The notes: a model not told the origin generated them from the letters alone. Positions 10,204 through 21,084 are shown, counted from the stretch's first letter. The stretch: 64,000 bases of DNA from an uncultured delta proteobacterium (GCA_963724765.1 CAVRVY010000001.1:928001-992000); one strand, 5' to 3'. Made by a program: numbers and translations.

Positions 10204-12304
10204 ACAGCGGCCCTATCGGGTTCCGGGATTCTCGGGGGATGTGAGGCTGGCGCGTGCGAAAAGGCTCGGCGTGCTCTCACTCGCCGGAGCATTCATTGCG
10301 ATCAACTGGGTGACGACGCAACACGCCGCGAGCATGCTGCGCGATGCGTCGTGGCTGGGCCGCCCGCTTTTCCACCTGAGGAGCGGAGCGGTCTACGCAG
10401 CGTGGTCGTGGGTCGTCTGGTGGACGAAATGGTACTGGGCTCCGCAGCTGGAGCCGCTATGGGAGCAGTGCGCGCGGGAAGCGCTCTACCCGATGGCGAT
10501 TGTGACCGCGGTTTCGTGCGCTGCGATTGCGATGGTGCGGCATGGCTGGTTGACAAACGTCTCCGACCTTCACGGTTCCGCGCGCTGGGCTGCTACACGA
10601 GACTTAAGAGCCGGTCGATTGATCGATGCGCGCATCTCGGTGCGCGACCGGCTCCGAGCAATCGGCGTCCGGATGCGGATTCTGAGCCCAGCGGTCCGCC
10701 GAGCAGGAATCTATCTCGGCCTCTGGAGGGAATGGGGACGGGCTTCATACATACGCGATTGCGGCCCGGCGCACGTGCTGGTCTTCGCGCCAACACGGAG
10801 CGGCAAGGGTGTCGGTATCGTGGTTCCGACCCTCCTCACTTGGCCGAACTCGGTCCTCATACACGACCTCAAGGGAGAAAACTGGGCGCTCACCGCGGGT
10901 GCGCGCAAACGGATGGGTCAGGTCTGTCTCAGGTTTGCGCCGGCCTCAGCCGACAGCGACGGCGCACGTTACAACCCGCTCGCCGAGGTCAGGCTGCGCA
11001 CACCCAACGAGATCCGCGATGTCCGCAACATCGTGCAGATGATCATCGACCCGGACGGAAAGGGCCTACCGGATCACTGGTCGCGCGAAGGTTCCGCATT
11101 CCTCACCGGCATGATCCTGGACCAGCTTTATGCAGGTCGGGACAAGACTCTCAGCGGACTCGAAGCGCGGCTGTGCGATCCGGGGCAGCCGATCGACGAC
11201 ACTATGCAGCAAATCATGCGGGCCGAGCACGATCCATCCGGCTCGCTGGGCTGGACCGATTCGCGCGGCATCGCGACAAGGACGCATCCGATTATCGCGC
11301 GCGCGATGCGCAGCATGCTCGACAAGAGCCCGAACGAACGCTCGGGCGTCATCTCGGAGGTGAAGGGATTCCTCGAACTCTACCGGGACCCAGTCATCGC
11401 CGCGAACACCGCGCACTCTGACTTTCGAATCACGGACCTGATGAATCATCAACGGCCCGTGTCGCTCTATATTGTCGTCCCGCTCGCTCACAAGAACAGC
11501 CTCAAGCCAGTCATTCGGCTGATGCTCGGGCAGATCCTTCATCGGCTTACCGAGCACCTAGAATTCAAAAACGGCCGCGCAGTGACCGGCTATCGCCACC
11601 GCCTGCTGCTCATGATCGACGAGTTCCCTAGTCTCGGACGACTGGACGTGTTCGCGGAGTCCCTGTCGCTGGTCGCCGGCTATGGCATCAAAGCCTGCCT
11701 GATCGCGCAGGACCTGAGTCAGATCCACGCCGCGTACGGGCACGACGAGGCGATCACCTACAACTGCCATACCCGAGTTGCATTCGCGCCAAACCGGATC
11801 GAAACGGCGCGGCTGCTCTCGCAGATGACCGGAGAGACGACCGTCCGGCACGCGCACCGGACTATCTCCAGTTCGGGTGCGAGTGTCTCGGAGCCGGAGG
11901 TCGCCCGTCCGCTTCTCACTCCGGATGAGGCGATGCGGCTAGGCGGCGACGAGGCGCTGATCTTCACCAGCGGCCGGCCCGCGATTCGGGCGACGAAACT
12001 TCGTTATTACGCCGATCCATCGTTCACACGGCTGGCGCAGATTGCTCCGCCGTCAAAGAGCGACCACATCGAGCACGCCTCCGCGATTGCCGATCGCGGG
12101 CAACCAAACGACGACACGGGGAACGAGGCGCCGGAGCAGGAGATGCCCGAGCAGCGCCGCGCCATTCAGGCTCCCGCCGGGAAACCTCGCCACCTGAAGC
12201 CAGTGCCCGCGGAGCAACTCTCGTTTCTCAAATTCGCGGTCGAGAGCGGGAACGGCGCCGCTGACTCCCCGAAAGAGGAAGGCGTCAAGGAGAGATTACT
12301 GTGA
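10196..12304 (+). CDS. traG: Type IV coupling protein TraG/VirD4
   Basis: HGSARWA, APTRSGKGVG, DLKGENW, MIDEFPSLG. Confidence 0.92.
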   Translation: MAEQRPYRVPGFSGDVRLARAKRLGVLSLAGAFIAINWVTTQHAASMLRDASWLGRPLFHLRSGAVYAAWSWVVWWTKWYWAPQLEPLWEQCAREALYPMAIVTAVSCAAIAMVRHGWLTNVSDLHGSARWAATRDLRAGRLIDARISVRDRLRAIGVRMRILSPAVRRAGIYLGLWREWGRASYIRDCGPAHVLVFAPTRSGKGVGIVVPTLLTWPNSVLIHDLKGENWALTAGARKRMGQVCLRFAPASADSDGARYNPLAEVRLRTPNEIRDVRNIVQMIIDPDGKGLPDHWSREGSAFLTGMILDQLYAGRDKTLSGLEARLCDPGQPIDDTMQQIMRAEHDPSGSLGWTDSRGIATRTHPIIARAMRSMLDKSPNERSGVISEVKGFLELYRDPVIAANTAHSDFRITDLMNHQRPVSLYIVVPLAHKNSLKPVIRLMLGQILHRLTEHLEFKNGRAVTGYRHRLLLMIDEFPSLGRLDVFAESLSLVAGYGIKACLIAQDLSQIHAAYGHDEAITYNCHTRVAFAPNRIETARLLSQMTGETTVRHAHRTISSSGASVSEPEVARPLLTPDEAMRLGGDEALIFTSGRPAIRATKLRYYADPSFTRLAQIAPPSKSDHIEHASAIADRGQPNDDTGNEAPEQEMPEQRRAIQAPAGKPRHLKPVPAEQLSFLKFAVESGNGAADSPKEEGVKERLL

Positions 12305-12744
12305 GACGACAACTCACCGCTTACCTGAGCGAAGAAGAATTCCATCGGCTGCGCGACGAAGCCGACGAACGCGGCTTCACCCTGTCGCGATATGTGAAGG
12401 AGCGTCTCTTTCAATCCGATGGCGGCTCCGGACTGACTTTCTCGGACGCCACACTCGCTGCGGCTGAAAAGAGAATCATTCAAACCAATCGCGTCTCCAC
12501 AGCGGACACCCTGAAACCGCTCGCTCATCAGCTCACCACGCTGCTGGCGATGGTCGATCAGTTCGCTCTGAGCATGCTGAGCCATCTGGCGGAAATCCCC
12601 GAAGCGCAACGCAAGCAGGCCCTTGCTTCCGGCCAGCGACGCCATCGCGGATGGCGCGCAGAGGTCGAGGAGACGCTGAAACGGATGGAACAGTCAGCGC
12701 CAGCGCCGAAGAGCGGCGCGAGCCGGAACGGAGAGTCAGCATGA
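12301..12744 (+). CDS. CopG/RHH-type protein between traG and trbB
   Basis: RQLTAYLSEEEFHRL...TLSRYV; traG-copG-trbB synteny. Confidence 0.6.
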   Translation: MRRQLTAYLSEEEFHRLRDEADERGFTLSRYVKERLFQSDGGSGLTFSDATLAAAEKRIIQTNRVSTADTLKPLAHQLTTLLAMVDQFALSMLSHLAEIPEAQRKQALASGQRRHRGWRAEVEETLKRMEQSAPAPKSGASRNGESA

Positions 12745-13086
12745 TTTCGGCGCAGCAGCTGCAGGAGCGACGCCTGGACGAACTCCTGAGACGCCAGCTC
12801 GGGACAAAAATTCTGGCGGCGATCGGCGATCCGCAGATCACCGAGATCATCATCAACGAGGACGGCCGTGTCTGGTTCGAATCCTACGGCAAGGGAATGC
12901 ACGAAGCCGGTTTGCGGCTCGCTGCGTCGCAGGTGGAGAGCCTCATCGGAACCGTCGCAGCGTCGCTTGGAGCGGTAGCGAACGCCAATAATCCGATCGT
13001 AGAGGGTGAACTGCTGATCGAGGGCATCCGCTTCGAAGGCCTCCTACCACCAGTCGCAAGAAAGCCCTGCTGTGTGATGCGCAAGC
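12741..13086 (+). pseudogene. trbB: Truncated TrbB/VirB11 ATPase (N-terminus only)
   Basis: DPQITEIIINEDGRVW, PIVEGEL, RFEGLLPPV; ends at MRK before Walker A. Confidence 0.85.
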
Positions 13087-13947
13087 AACCTGTACCGTCT
13101 CGTCGTCCTCGGTCGGGTTCAGCAGCGTGGCCTTGCGGGCGGAAACGCTTTCGATTTCGGCCATCCGATCGGCGATGAACTGGCTCTCTTCGCTGTAAGC
13201 ATCGGAAGAGCGATCGTCTTTTCCAATAGACAGCGTGTAGACCACAGCCGCCTTTGGCGAGGATTCAACCGCCTTGAAAAGTGAAGTCAGAAAGGCCGCA
13301 AGCTACTCACGTGCCTGCGGCAGCTTCTGCACTTTGCGCAGGTAAACGGAAAGCTCGTCGAGCAGAATTAAGGTCGGCTCGCCACCGAACAGTTCTTGGA
13401 TAGTCTCAGCGCCGGGAGCAATTGCCTGCTCGTCTCCACGGCGAACGCGCTCGTAACCGGCTTTGCCGGCAAGCGCATAGGCAATTTCGCCCCACGGGGT
13501 GAAGGCGAGAACATCCTCGCTCATCTTGCGGCCGTTGGCGGGGTCCGCATTCTCGCCATCGAAGGCGGCGACGCGGACGCGGCTTTTTGGAACCACGGCA
13601 GGATCGATAAATTCGGCGGCGTTGGTGACACCACGCATCCCGTTCGCGGCGTGTACGAGTGCAATCAGGGAGTGCGTCTTGCCGCCACCGAATGAGGTTC
13701 CGAGCCGAAAGATCGCAGCGACCTCGCCCGGCTTGCCGCTCAGGCGCGCGCACACGTTCGCGAGCAGACTCTTGAGCCCTCGCGTCGGATAGGTTGTGCC
13801 GAAGAAGAGTTCCGGTTTGAGGTATTCACCGGAGGCGGTGCCCTTTATTACCTGAGCAAGGTCGGCGGCAAAATCCGATTTGGCGATATCACCTTTGACA
13901 ACATCCCTTCGCGGCTCGCACAGGTCAAAAATCGTCTTCACGCCCAC
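13087..13947 (-). pseudogene. DUF499-family ATPase remnant
   Basis: CEPRRDV, DFAADL, TYPTRGL, FGGGKTHSL, TPWGEIA, LLDEL; in-frame TAG at 13303-13305, frame continues to NPTEDDETVQV and is then cut by trbB. Confidence 0.85.
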
Positions 13948-14228
13948 TCACCCAATTCTCCGGCAAAATCTAACGGGTGCATTTCTATGCTCCACACCTG
14001 CGGGCAGACTCGCACGGGATTACCATATTTCGTTTCCGATCGCCCCACGCCAGTGGGTTTCCGCGTGGCGCTTCCGGCGAGTTATGCGCCTGAGCAGACT
14101 CCGAAAAATCCGATGACCTTCGAGCTGTGCGAGAGTACGATCTTCTGAGCTAAAAGCTGCTTCCGCTACTCCTTTCGCTGTAAGCGATTGCCGGGCCGGC
14201 AGTGCAGGGCCTCTTCGCCGTCGAAAAG

Positions 14229-14495
14229 TCACTCTTTCAGCTCCGTTTCCAGTCTGTCCGCAACGAACATCTTGAGCAGCGACTGATACGGTACGTCGCG
14301 CTTGTTGGCGAGAAGCTTGAGCCTATCGAGCATCGGCTTGGGCAGCCGTAGCGAGATGGTCTGCGACGAGGGTCGGAGCTTCGGGAGAGTCACTCGCTTC
14401 GCCTTGCGCCAGTCGATGAAGTCCGCCGAGTCGTGCTTCGCCCAGAACTCGCGCTCGGCGTCTTCACTCTTGAATTTAGGCAGGACCTTTTTCAT
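14229..14495 (-). CDS. CopG/BrnA-like antitoxin
   Basis: PKFKSEDAEREFW, TISLRLP, VPYQSLLK. Confidence 0.85.
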   Translation of the reverse strand: MKKVLPKFKSEDAEREFWAKHDSADFIDWRKAKRVTLPKLRPSSQTISLRLPKPMLDRLKLLANKRDVPYQSLLKMFVADRLETELKE

Positions 14496-14790
14496 GACGA
14501 TTGAAAATCCTTCGCTCCTTGCGGCTCATGTCACGCGCCGAGATCACTCGGATTAGACGGCCGCGAATCGTAAATACCACGAACATCGGTCTGCCGCTGT
14601 CACTTTGGCCCAAGGCGTAAAACCGCTCCTCACCCGCCGAGTGCTCCTCGTCGCTGCCGACGATTAATGGCCGATTGAAGAAAAGCTCCTCACACTCAGT
14701 CGCCATCACCTGATGGCGCTCCCAGATCTTTGTCGAGTTGCCGGCATCCCATTGGAAGCCCTCGCATTCCGCCAGCCGCTCGTCCCACAT
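14476..14790 (-). CDS. brnT: BrnT-family toxin
   Basis: FQWDAGN, HSAGEERF, VVFTIRG..IRVISARDM. Confidence 0.88.
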   Translation of the reverse strand: MWDERLAECEGFQWDAGNSTKIWERHQVMATECEELFFNRPLIVGSDEEHSAGEERFYALGQSDSGRPMFVVFTIRGRLIRVISARDMSRKERRIFNRHEKGPA

Positions 14791-15097
14791 CACCCGACTG
14801 ATTGTATATCGCAAGCACATACGACAGCAAGTCAGTTAGCTTCACCGCCTACGCCCCGCCTTGCTCGGCTCCGCTCAAGACCGCCGCGCCATCCCTAATT
14901 GGGAACGCTTCGCTTGTCACGGCGGCCTTGAATTGCTTCGCCGCGCTCATTGGCGGCTTCGCTGCGCTCCGCATCGCAGTCCTTTCCACCCTCGCACTCT
15001 CAGTCCGGGTTGAAGAGCGCGATGGCGGAAGAAGGTTCGGGTTTTTAACGAACCAAACCGCGCTCTGCCCTTCGGGAAGCGAGCGCAAAAAGGAGCG

Positions 15098-15978
15098 ATG
15101 CAAATGGACGTGTACGCGATTGTCACCGAGAAGATCATGAATCTGTTGGAACAAGGAATTGTGCCGTGGCGCAGACCGTGGATTTCAACTGGATTGCCGC
15201 GCAATCTGGTATCGAAAAGGCCGTACAACGGCATCAACTATTTTCTGCTTTCCGCGTCAAAATACGTGTCGCCCTTCTGGTTGACGTACCGTCAGGCAAC
15301 CGAACTGGACGGCCACGTGCGCAAAGGCGAGGAGAGCACGATCGTAATTTTCTGGAAGGTCGAAGACCTGAAGCAGAGCGGCGAAGACCTCGACAGCGAG
15401 GAGAGCAACGAGAAGAATCGGCGCCGATCCCTTCTGCGATATTATCGCGTGTTCAACCTTGAACAATGCGAACTGCCGCAAGCGGTCTTCGACAAGCTGC
15501 CGAAGATTGAAACGCACGAGCACGATCCGATCGAAGCGGCCGAACAGATCATCGCCGGAATGCCGAACCCGCCCGAGATTCAGTACGCCGGATCAAAGGC
15601 GTTCTACAGTAGCGTCACCGATCGGATCACCTTGCCGCCGCGGAACTCTTCATCAGCGCCGAAGAACAAATAGCCACGACCTACCACGAGGTGAGTCACG
15701 CAACTGGCCACCCGAAGCGGCTCAACCGCAAATCGATCACGGAAGCCGCGCCGTTCGGTTCACCCATATATGCCACCGAGGAGCTGGTAGCGGAGATGTC
15801 AGCAGCCTATCTCTGCGCCGAAGCGGGAATCTCGCCGGCGGTTCTCGAGAATCAGGCCGCGTACATCGCGGGATGGCTGAAGAAGCTTAGAGACGATCGA
15901 AAGCTCGTGGTTCACGCTGCCGCCCAGGCGCAGCACGCAGCCGATTACGTTCTGGGGAAGGTGCCGACGGCCATCTGA
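15098..15978 (+). pseudogene. ardC: ArdC-like antirestriction protein (ssDNA-binding + metallopeptidase), frameshifted near 15640
   Basis: VPWRRPW, YNGINY, WLTYRQA, VRKGE; a 1-nt shift restores LPP.ELFISAEE..TTYHEVSHATGH...EELVAE. Confidence 0.85.
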
Positions 15979-15984
15979 AAGTTT

Positions 15985-16017
15985 CGGCATCGCTCGGCCC
16001 TCCGCCGAGCGATGCCG
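15985..16017 (+). terminator. Hairpin after ardC
   Basis: 14-bp stem CGGCATCGCTCGGC/GCCGAGCGATGCCG, 5-nt loop; weak U-tract. Confidence 0.55.
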
Positions 16018-16372
16018 CTGCTCTTGAGCGCTTGGAGTTAATTTCGCTGAATAAAGTCTAATATAAACCGTCTAACCATTTAATGACGCTTCTCGCGGTG
16101 ATCTACCGCGATTTAGCTGTTCAACGAAACGAAAGAGCACAAAGAATCCGCCCTGAAAGGTACGGAATCCGTGGACCGATTGTTATGACGATGCGTTGGG
16201 GTTTGGAAATACGCCGAGCGCCGTCTTTGACTCGTCTCTCGCGGACCGTGCTCGACGGTCGCGCTGACAATTCACAACGCCTCATCGAAACGGATCGAAC
16301 GGCGGACCCTCTCACGGTGAGAGGAGATCGCCGCGAATGTCGTCCAATCCATACCGACCGAAGAGGTGAAGT

Positions 16373-16844
16373 ATGCGGAAACCGAGGGGCAACGGTAGTT
16401 CGCCCCGTGGGCCGCGAGGGTCGGGCGTGGCGGGACTGTTCGTCGTCCCGAGGTTGGAGGAGTTGGTGGCTGACCCCAGCAGGGCTGGGGTGCTCGACAC
16501 GCGCACGGCGCGAATCGTCGCGACTCAAGCACTGGGCGTATTTATGGCATCCTTTTGCCGATTGCTCGAAGCGGGAGGCGCCGACAATCTCGGCGATGAG
16601 GCAGGTCAGGTGGCGGGCGTGGCGGGACGGACCGTCGAACAGTTCCAGGATTTTGCCAGAGCTCGACGACGTTGTAAGCGTTGAGGAAGTTGCAGGCATC
16701 CTGGGCAAGCCGCGAAGGTGGATCATTCGGAACGCCTCACGCTTGCCGTTCGTGACCCGTGTATCTCGGAAGCACTACGTCTGTTCTAGGATTGTACTGA
16801 GACGATGGCTTGCGTCTCGGCCACGCGCGCTTAAGGGACAATGA
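16373..16844 (+). pseudogene. Frameshifted excisionase-like HTH gene upstream of integrase
   Basis: Frame 1 PRLEELVADPSRAG..., frame 2 VVSVEEVAGILGKPRRWI...LRRWL; the join resembles 48782-49162. Confidence 0.55.
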
Positions 16845-17018
16845 CGGATCGAAACCATACCGGTGGTGTCGCGACAAAAGTGCCCTGCTGTGCGGTACGG
16901 CGTTACTTCCAGAGCCACTTTGCGGTTGGGGAAATTGCCGGCTGGAGGAGTTGATCCTCGAAGCGATACGTCAGTAGCTTGATCGCAGAGTGCAAATGAA
17001 TTCCGGCAGAACGGTGCG

Positions 17019-18176
17019 ATGAAACAGACGCGTGGATTGGGTTTTGTATATCGGCCCATTTACGTCGATAAGCGTACTGGCGAACGAAAGACCGCTGCGA
17101 CCTGGTGGGTTCAATATTCCGTCCGCGGCAAGAGATTTCGCGAGTCTTCGGGTTCCTCGAATCGCGTCGACGCGGTCAAGCTACTCAAGCGCCGGATTGG
17201 GGACGCCAGCCAGGGGCGCACGATTGGACCACAAGCCGAGAAGACGAGGTTCAAGCAACTCACGCAGTTGCTCATCGACGACTATCGTGCAAATGGGCGA
17301 CGGAGCCTCAAGCGGATCAAAGCCTCGATTATCCATCTGCTCGCTTTTTTTGGCGATGAGTTCGCGATGGACATAACTGGCGACAGGGTTGCGAGTTACA
17401 TTGCATACAGGCAGGACGAGAAAGCGGCTGCAGCCACAATCAACCGCGAACTAGCAGCACTGAAACGCGCTTTCCGGCTGGGCGAGAAGGTCGGGAAAGT
17501 CATCCAGCGCCCGGAAGTCTCGACGCTTCGCGAGGACAACCGACGCAAAGGATTCTTTGAGGCAGACGAATACCGAGCCGTTCTCAAACATCTTCCAGAG
17601 GAGCTTAAGCCGGTAATTCAGACTGCCTACATCACCGGATGGCGGATCGCGTCCGAGATACTCACGCGCCAGAAGCATCACGTTAATCTTGAAGCCGGTT
17701 GGCTCCGCCTCGAGCCGGGCGAGACCAACAACGGAGAAGGACGAAATTTCCCTCTGACGCCCGAGCTCCGTGAAGTTCTCGCGCAGCAGATCGAAAAGAC
17801 GAGGCTCATAGAGCAGAAGACAGGGCGAATCATTCCGTGGCTCTTCCATCGCGACGGAAACCCGATCAGAGATTTTCGCGGTGCCTGGGCGTCGGCTTGC
17901 AAGAGCGCCGGGGTTCCCAAACGAATCCCGCACGACTTTAGACGCACCGCCGTGCGCAATCTCGAACGTGCGGGAGTGCCGCGCTCAGCGGCTATGGCGA
18001 TGGTCGGTCATCGCACTGAATCGATCTATCGACGCTACGCGATCGCTGACGAAGCGATGTTGAAAGAAGGCGCAGTGAAGCTGGCCGCGTTCCACGCGTC
18101 AGAGAAGAACGGCACTCCCAAGGTCGTGCCTATAAAGAAGCGCTCTTCTAAGGAGACGAGGACTGAAAGGCGCTGA
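17019..18176 (+). CDS. Tyrosine integrase
   Basis: ATINRELAALK, ITGWR..SE, HDFRRT, VGHRTESIYRRY catalytic set. Confidence 0.93.
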   Translation: MKQTRGLGFVYRPIYVDKRTGERKTAATWWVQYSVRGKRFRESSGSSNRVDAVKLLKRRIGDASQGRTIGPQAEKTRFKQLTQLLIDDYRANGRRSLKRIKASIIHLLAFFGDEFAMDITGDRVASYIAYRQDEKAAAATINRELAALKRAFRLGEKVGKVIQRPEVSTLREDNRRKGFFEADEYRAVLKHLPEELKPVIQTAYITGWRIASEILTRQKHHVNLEAGWLRLEPGETNNGEGRNFPLTPELREVLAQQIEKTRLIEQKTGRIIPWLFHRDGNPIRDFRGAWASACKSAGVPKRIPHDFRRTAVRNLERAGVPRSAAMAMVGHRTESIYRRYAIADEAMLKEGAVKLAAFHASEKNGTPKVVPIKKRSSKETRTERR

Positions 18177-18560
18177 TCTGCTACGGGCCTGGAGGTTCGT
18201 TCAGTCGCATTTCCCGCTGGAAATAGAGACGCGGAGGATTAACAATCCTCTCACCTACTGCGTAACAGTGGTCTTGGTCGTTTCCTATAGGGAAATGGGA
18301 CTCTTGCGAGCCATGGTAGACCACTCGCCTCGATCTGCTTCGCGCAGCGCGTCAAAGGTTCGCTGTGCGTCATCGTCAAAATCCGACCTCGACGCAATGG
18401 CTGCCGGTGAACTTGATGAACTTGAAACTACAGGCGCGTATGGCGCCGACCTCGCGAATGAATCGCGCTGCCGGACCGTGAGTGATGGCGGACCAATTCA
18501 ATTCCCGCTGCCCGTCGCGCCCTATGATTGAATTGGTAGTGACTTAGACCTTGACGGCGC

Positions 18561-19325
18561 TCACTTGGGTATCGAGGACAGGAGCCGCTCTATTGGTTCC
18601 TGACTTACGCGGATCAAGCCGCCCTCTGGCTGATTCAAATCGAGTGTGACGTAGACCGCGACGCTCACGAGAAATATGAAGCATAGCGTTCCAACAATTT
18701 CAGTATTGTTGGCCGCTCCTTGTTCGCGTCCTATCAACAGGACCGTAACAATTGAGCACGCGAACAGAAGGAACAGAATGCCCGGTGGCAGCCGGTCCCT
18801 ATAAGCCGCAAGCCGCGAGGCCTGATTGCTAGTCATCGCGTTTAGTGTATTGGTCAGCGACACCGCTATCGGTGTTCCATCGCTGACCGCCTGCGCGACG
18901 ATTTCCTCCATCCGGGCGTGCAGTTGGTCGAATTTCACAAGCGCGCTTTCAAGGTCGGAATCGCGGAGCGCGCCGCGAGCCAGATCGAGGCGGAGTTGCG
19001 CGTATTGCCGTATCACGCCCTGTAACTTCGTTCGCGAGGGCTCCTTGAGTATGCTGGCGCACGTATAGAAATCTCCAATCGCGTTGCTATCTGCGACGAC
19101 AGCCAGCCGCCGTTGGTCGTGTCTAGCGATGGACATTCCGAAGCTAAACGCAAGGAGCAGGCTGAGGAGCGCCATGCTGGCATCATCGAACTTCGATGGC
19201 TTCGTGCCGCCCTCGCTCAGCAACCGCTCGCCCAATCGTTTGCCGATGCTCCATGCGGCCAGCATCGCGACAACCAGAATTAAGGCGATAACGTGGATAT
19301 CGAGCGCGGTGGTGATGTCTCCCAT
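18561..19325 (-). CDS. DUF4239-like (bestrophin-like) membrane protein
   Basis: LLSLLLAFSF, SNAIG, DLNQPEGGLIRV; 4 TM. Confidence 0.65.
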   Translation of the reverse strand: MGDITTALDIHVIALILVVAMLAAWSIGKRLGERLLSEGGTKPSKFDDASMALLSLLLAFSFGMSIARHDQRRLAVVADSNAIGDFYTCASILKEPSRTKLQGVIRQYAQLRLDLARGALRDSDLESALVKFDQLHARMEEIVAQAVSDGTPIAVSLTNTLNAMTSNQASRLAAYRDRLPPGILFLLFACSIVTVLLIGREQGAANNTEIVGTLCFIFLVSVAVYVTLDLNQPEGGLIRVSQEPIERLLSSIPK

Positions 19326-19693
19326 AGCTGCTCCTTATTGCGTGCGGTATGTGGCGCAGTGCGAGAGTAACATCGAAGCCGCTACTTGCTGCGGTGAAGG
19401 AATAATAGAAGCGTTACAGTGGTCGGCAGACTTTGCGGATCGCGCCTTCGCGACATCCGTTGGCCTTGGTGACGGCGTGGCGCTCGGTTGCGAGACTCTC
19501 CTACGATACGCGGGCGCAGGACCCGCGATCTTAGAGACGGGTGGTGAGATCCATAGACGGTCGGTGGCCTGCTCTCCAATGCCCGTCAGATCACGGGCCA
19601 ATATGGGACCAACCTATCGCTGCAAGATTGCGAGGAATGATTTTACGTCTCATTTTTCGTTCGCTTATAATAGGTGATGGTTACTGCGAGCGG

Positions 19694-21084
19694 TCAATTG
19701 GCAACCTCACTTTTAAAAGCGTAAGACAGGTCCACGCTTTCAAACGGCTTGGCCGACCACGGCCGGAAACGATTGAGCGTGAACTTCGTGTTTTGACCGG
19801 GTTCGACTTCAACCAGAAGATAGCTGTACTCCTCGCTGGGAGGAGTGGCCTTCTGATAAAGGTTCGGCGGATAGTCCGCCGGCATCTTGATGCTCGTACG
19901 GCCGGGGAGGATCGGATCCTGTTCTGCGCCGCCGCCCCCCAGCAGCAGATACTTCACGCCATCTACATTGTAAATCTCAGTCGTGTGGACGTGGCCGTTG
20001 AATACGACGATGTCCAAATCCTTGGCATACGACGCGAGCAGCTTGTGCGGACTCTGAGCTCGCGGAATGGAGCCCATACCGGAGCGGCAAAAGACTGGGT
20101 TATGGAAACTGACGAAGACCTTCCTGATGCCCGCAGCCTTGGCCTCATCAAGCCATTGCGCGAGCAGCTTCATCTGTTCCTCTGTTCCTCATATGTGGGC
20201 CGTGTGGCACCCCAGGCCGTGGGTTTGTTCTCGTCATATTTGCCAGTCCATAGAAAGATGAAGCGAGCACCGTTGTAATCGAACTTATAGACAAGTTGTT
20301 TGTCTGAAACCCCGAGCTCTTTCAGATAAGGGAAGGTACTCAAGAAACCTTGGATGTTGGGATCTCCCCACACTTCGTGGTTGCCGACGGCAGTAAAGAA
20401 GCGACCTCCGAGACCCGCAGCACGCATTTGATCATCGGGAGCCGGCAATTGCTTCACCACGTCATCGTTCACCAGCTTCCAGTATGGGTTGTCGAAGGGA
20501 GTAGCGCCCTGCAGACCCCACCAGACCAAGTCCCCCGTGTGGAGAATGAACCTTGCGCGCCCGCTCTTGACCTCGTTGGCTATTTCATGGGCGACCCACT
20601 CACCGCCAGGAAGTTCAAACATTGTGCGGTGGACGCCGGGAAGTAGCTTTACATCCTCGACCGAGGCCTTGGTGACCCAGCCTTTGTCCAATGTCAGGGT
20701 GGTCACTTCATACTTTGTGTCGAACGGCATCACTACTTGCGCCAGCTCGTGGGTGCCCGCATCATAGATGAATTTGACATCTCGTTTGACCACTACCTCC
20801 GCGATCTTCTTTGGAAACACCAGTTCAAACATCTGAACCATCAGTTGGCGGGCCTCCGCCTCCTGATCCGATCTGTACGGCAGGTAAAACATCGACCGCG
20901 AGTCACCGTACACTGCAAACGAAAACCCGGTAGCTGCGGCCTCCGGCTGTTGCCCAATAGCATTGAGCGGCGCAAGAGCAAGCAATGTCGCGAATGCGAA
21001 CAGGATAGAGGAGACTTTCATGGCGGTCATCATTCTGCTGCTCACAATGTTAATCCTCATAGCTTTTCGTTTTTCAGAAAACAT
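19694..21084 (-). pseudogene. Exported metallophosphoesterase split by an 8-bp duplication
   Basis: YGDSR, HTGDLV, VGNHE in 5' ORF; FHNP, NGHVH in 3' ORF; TCTGTTCC x2 at 20173-20188. Confidence 0.85.

Noticed and set aside
18268-18531. 87-aa ORF after integrase
   Set aside because: No RBS or recognisable motif
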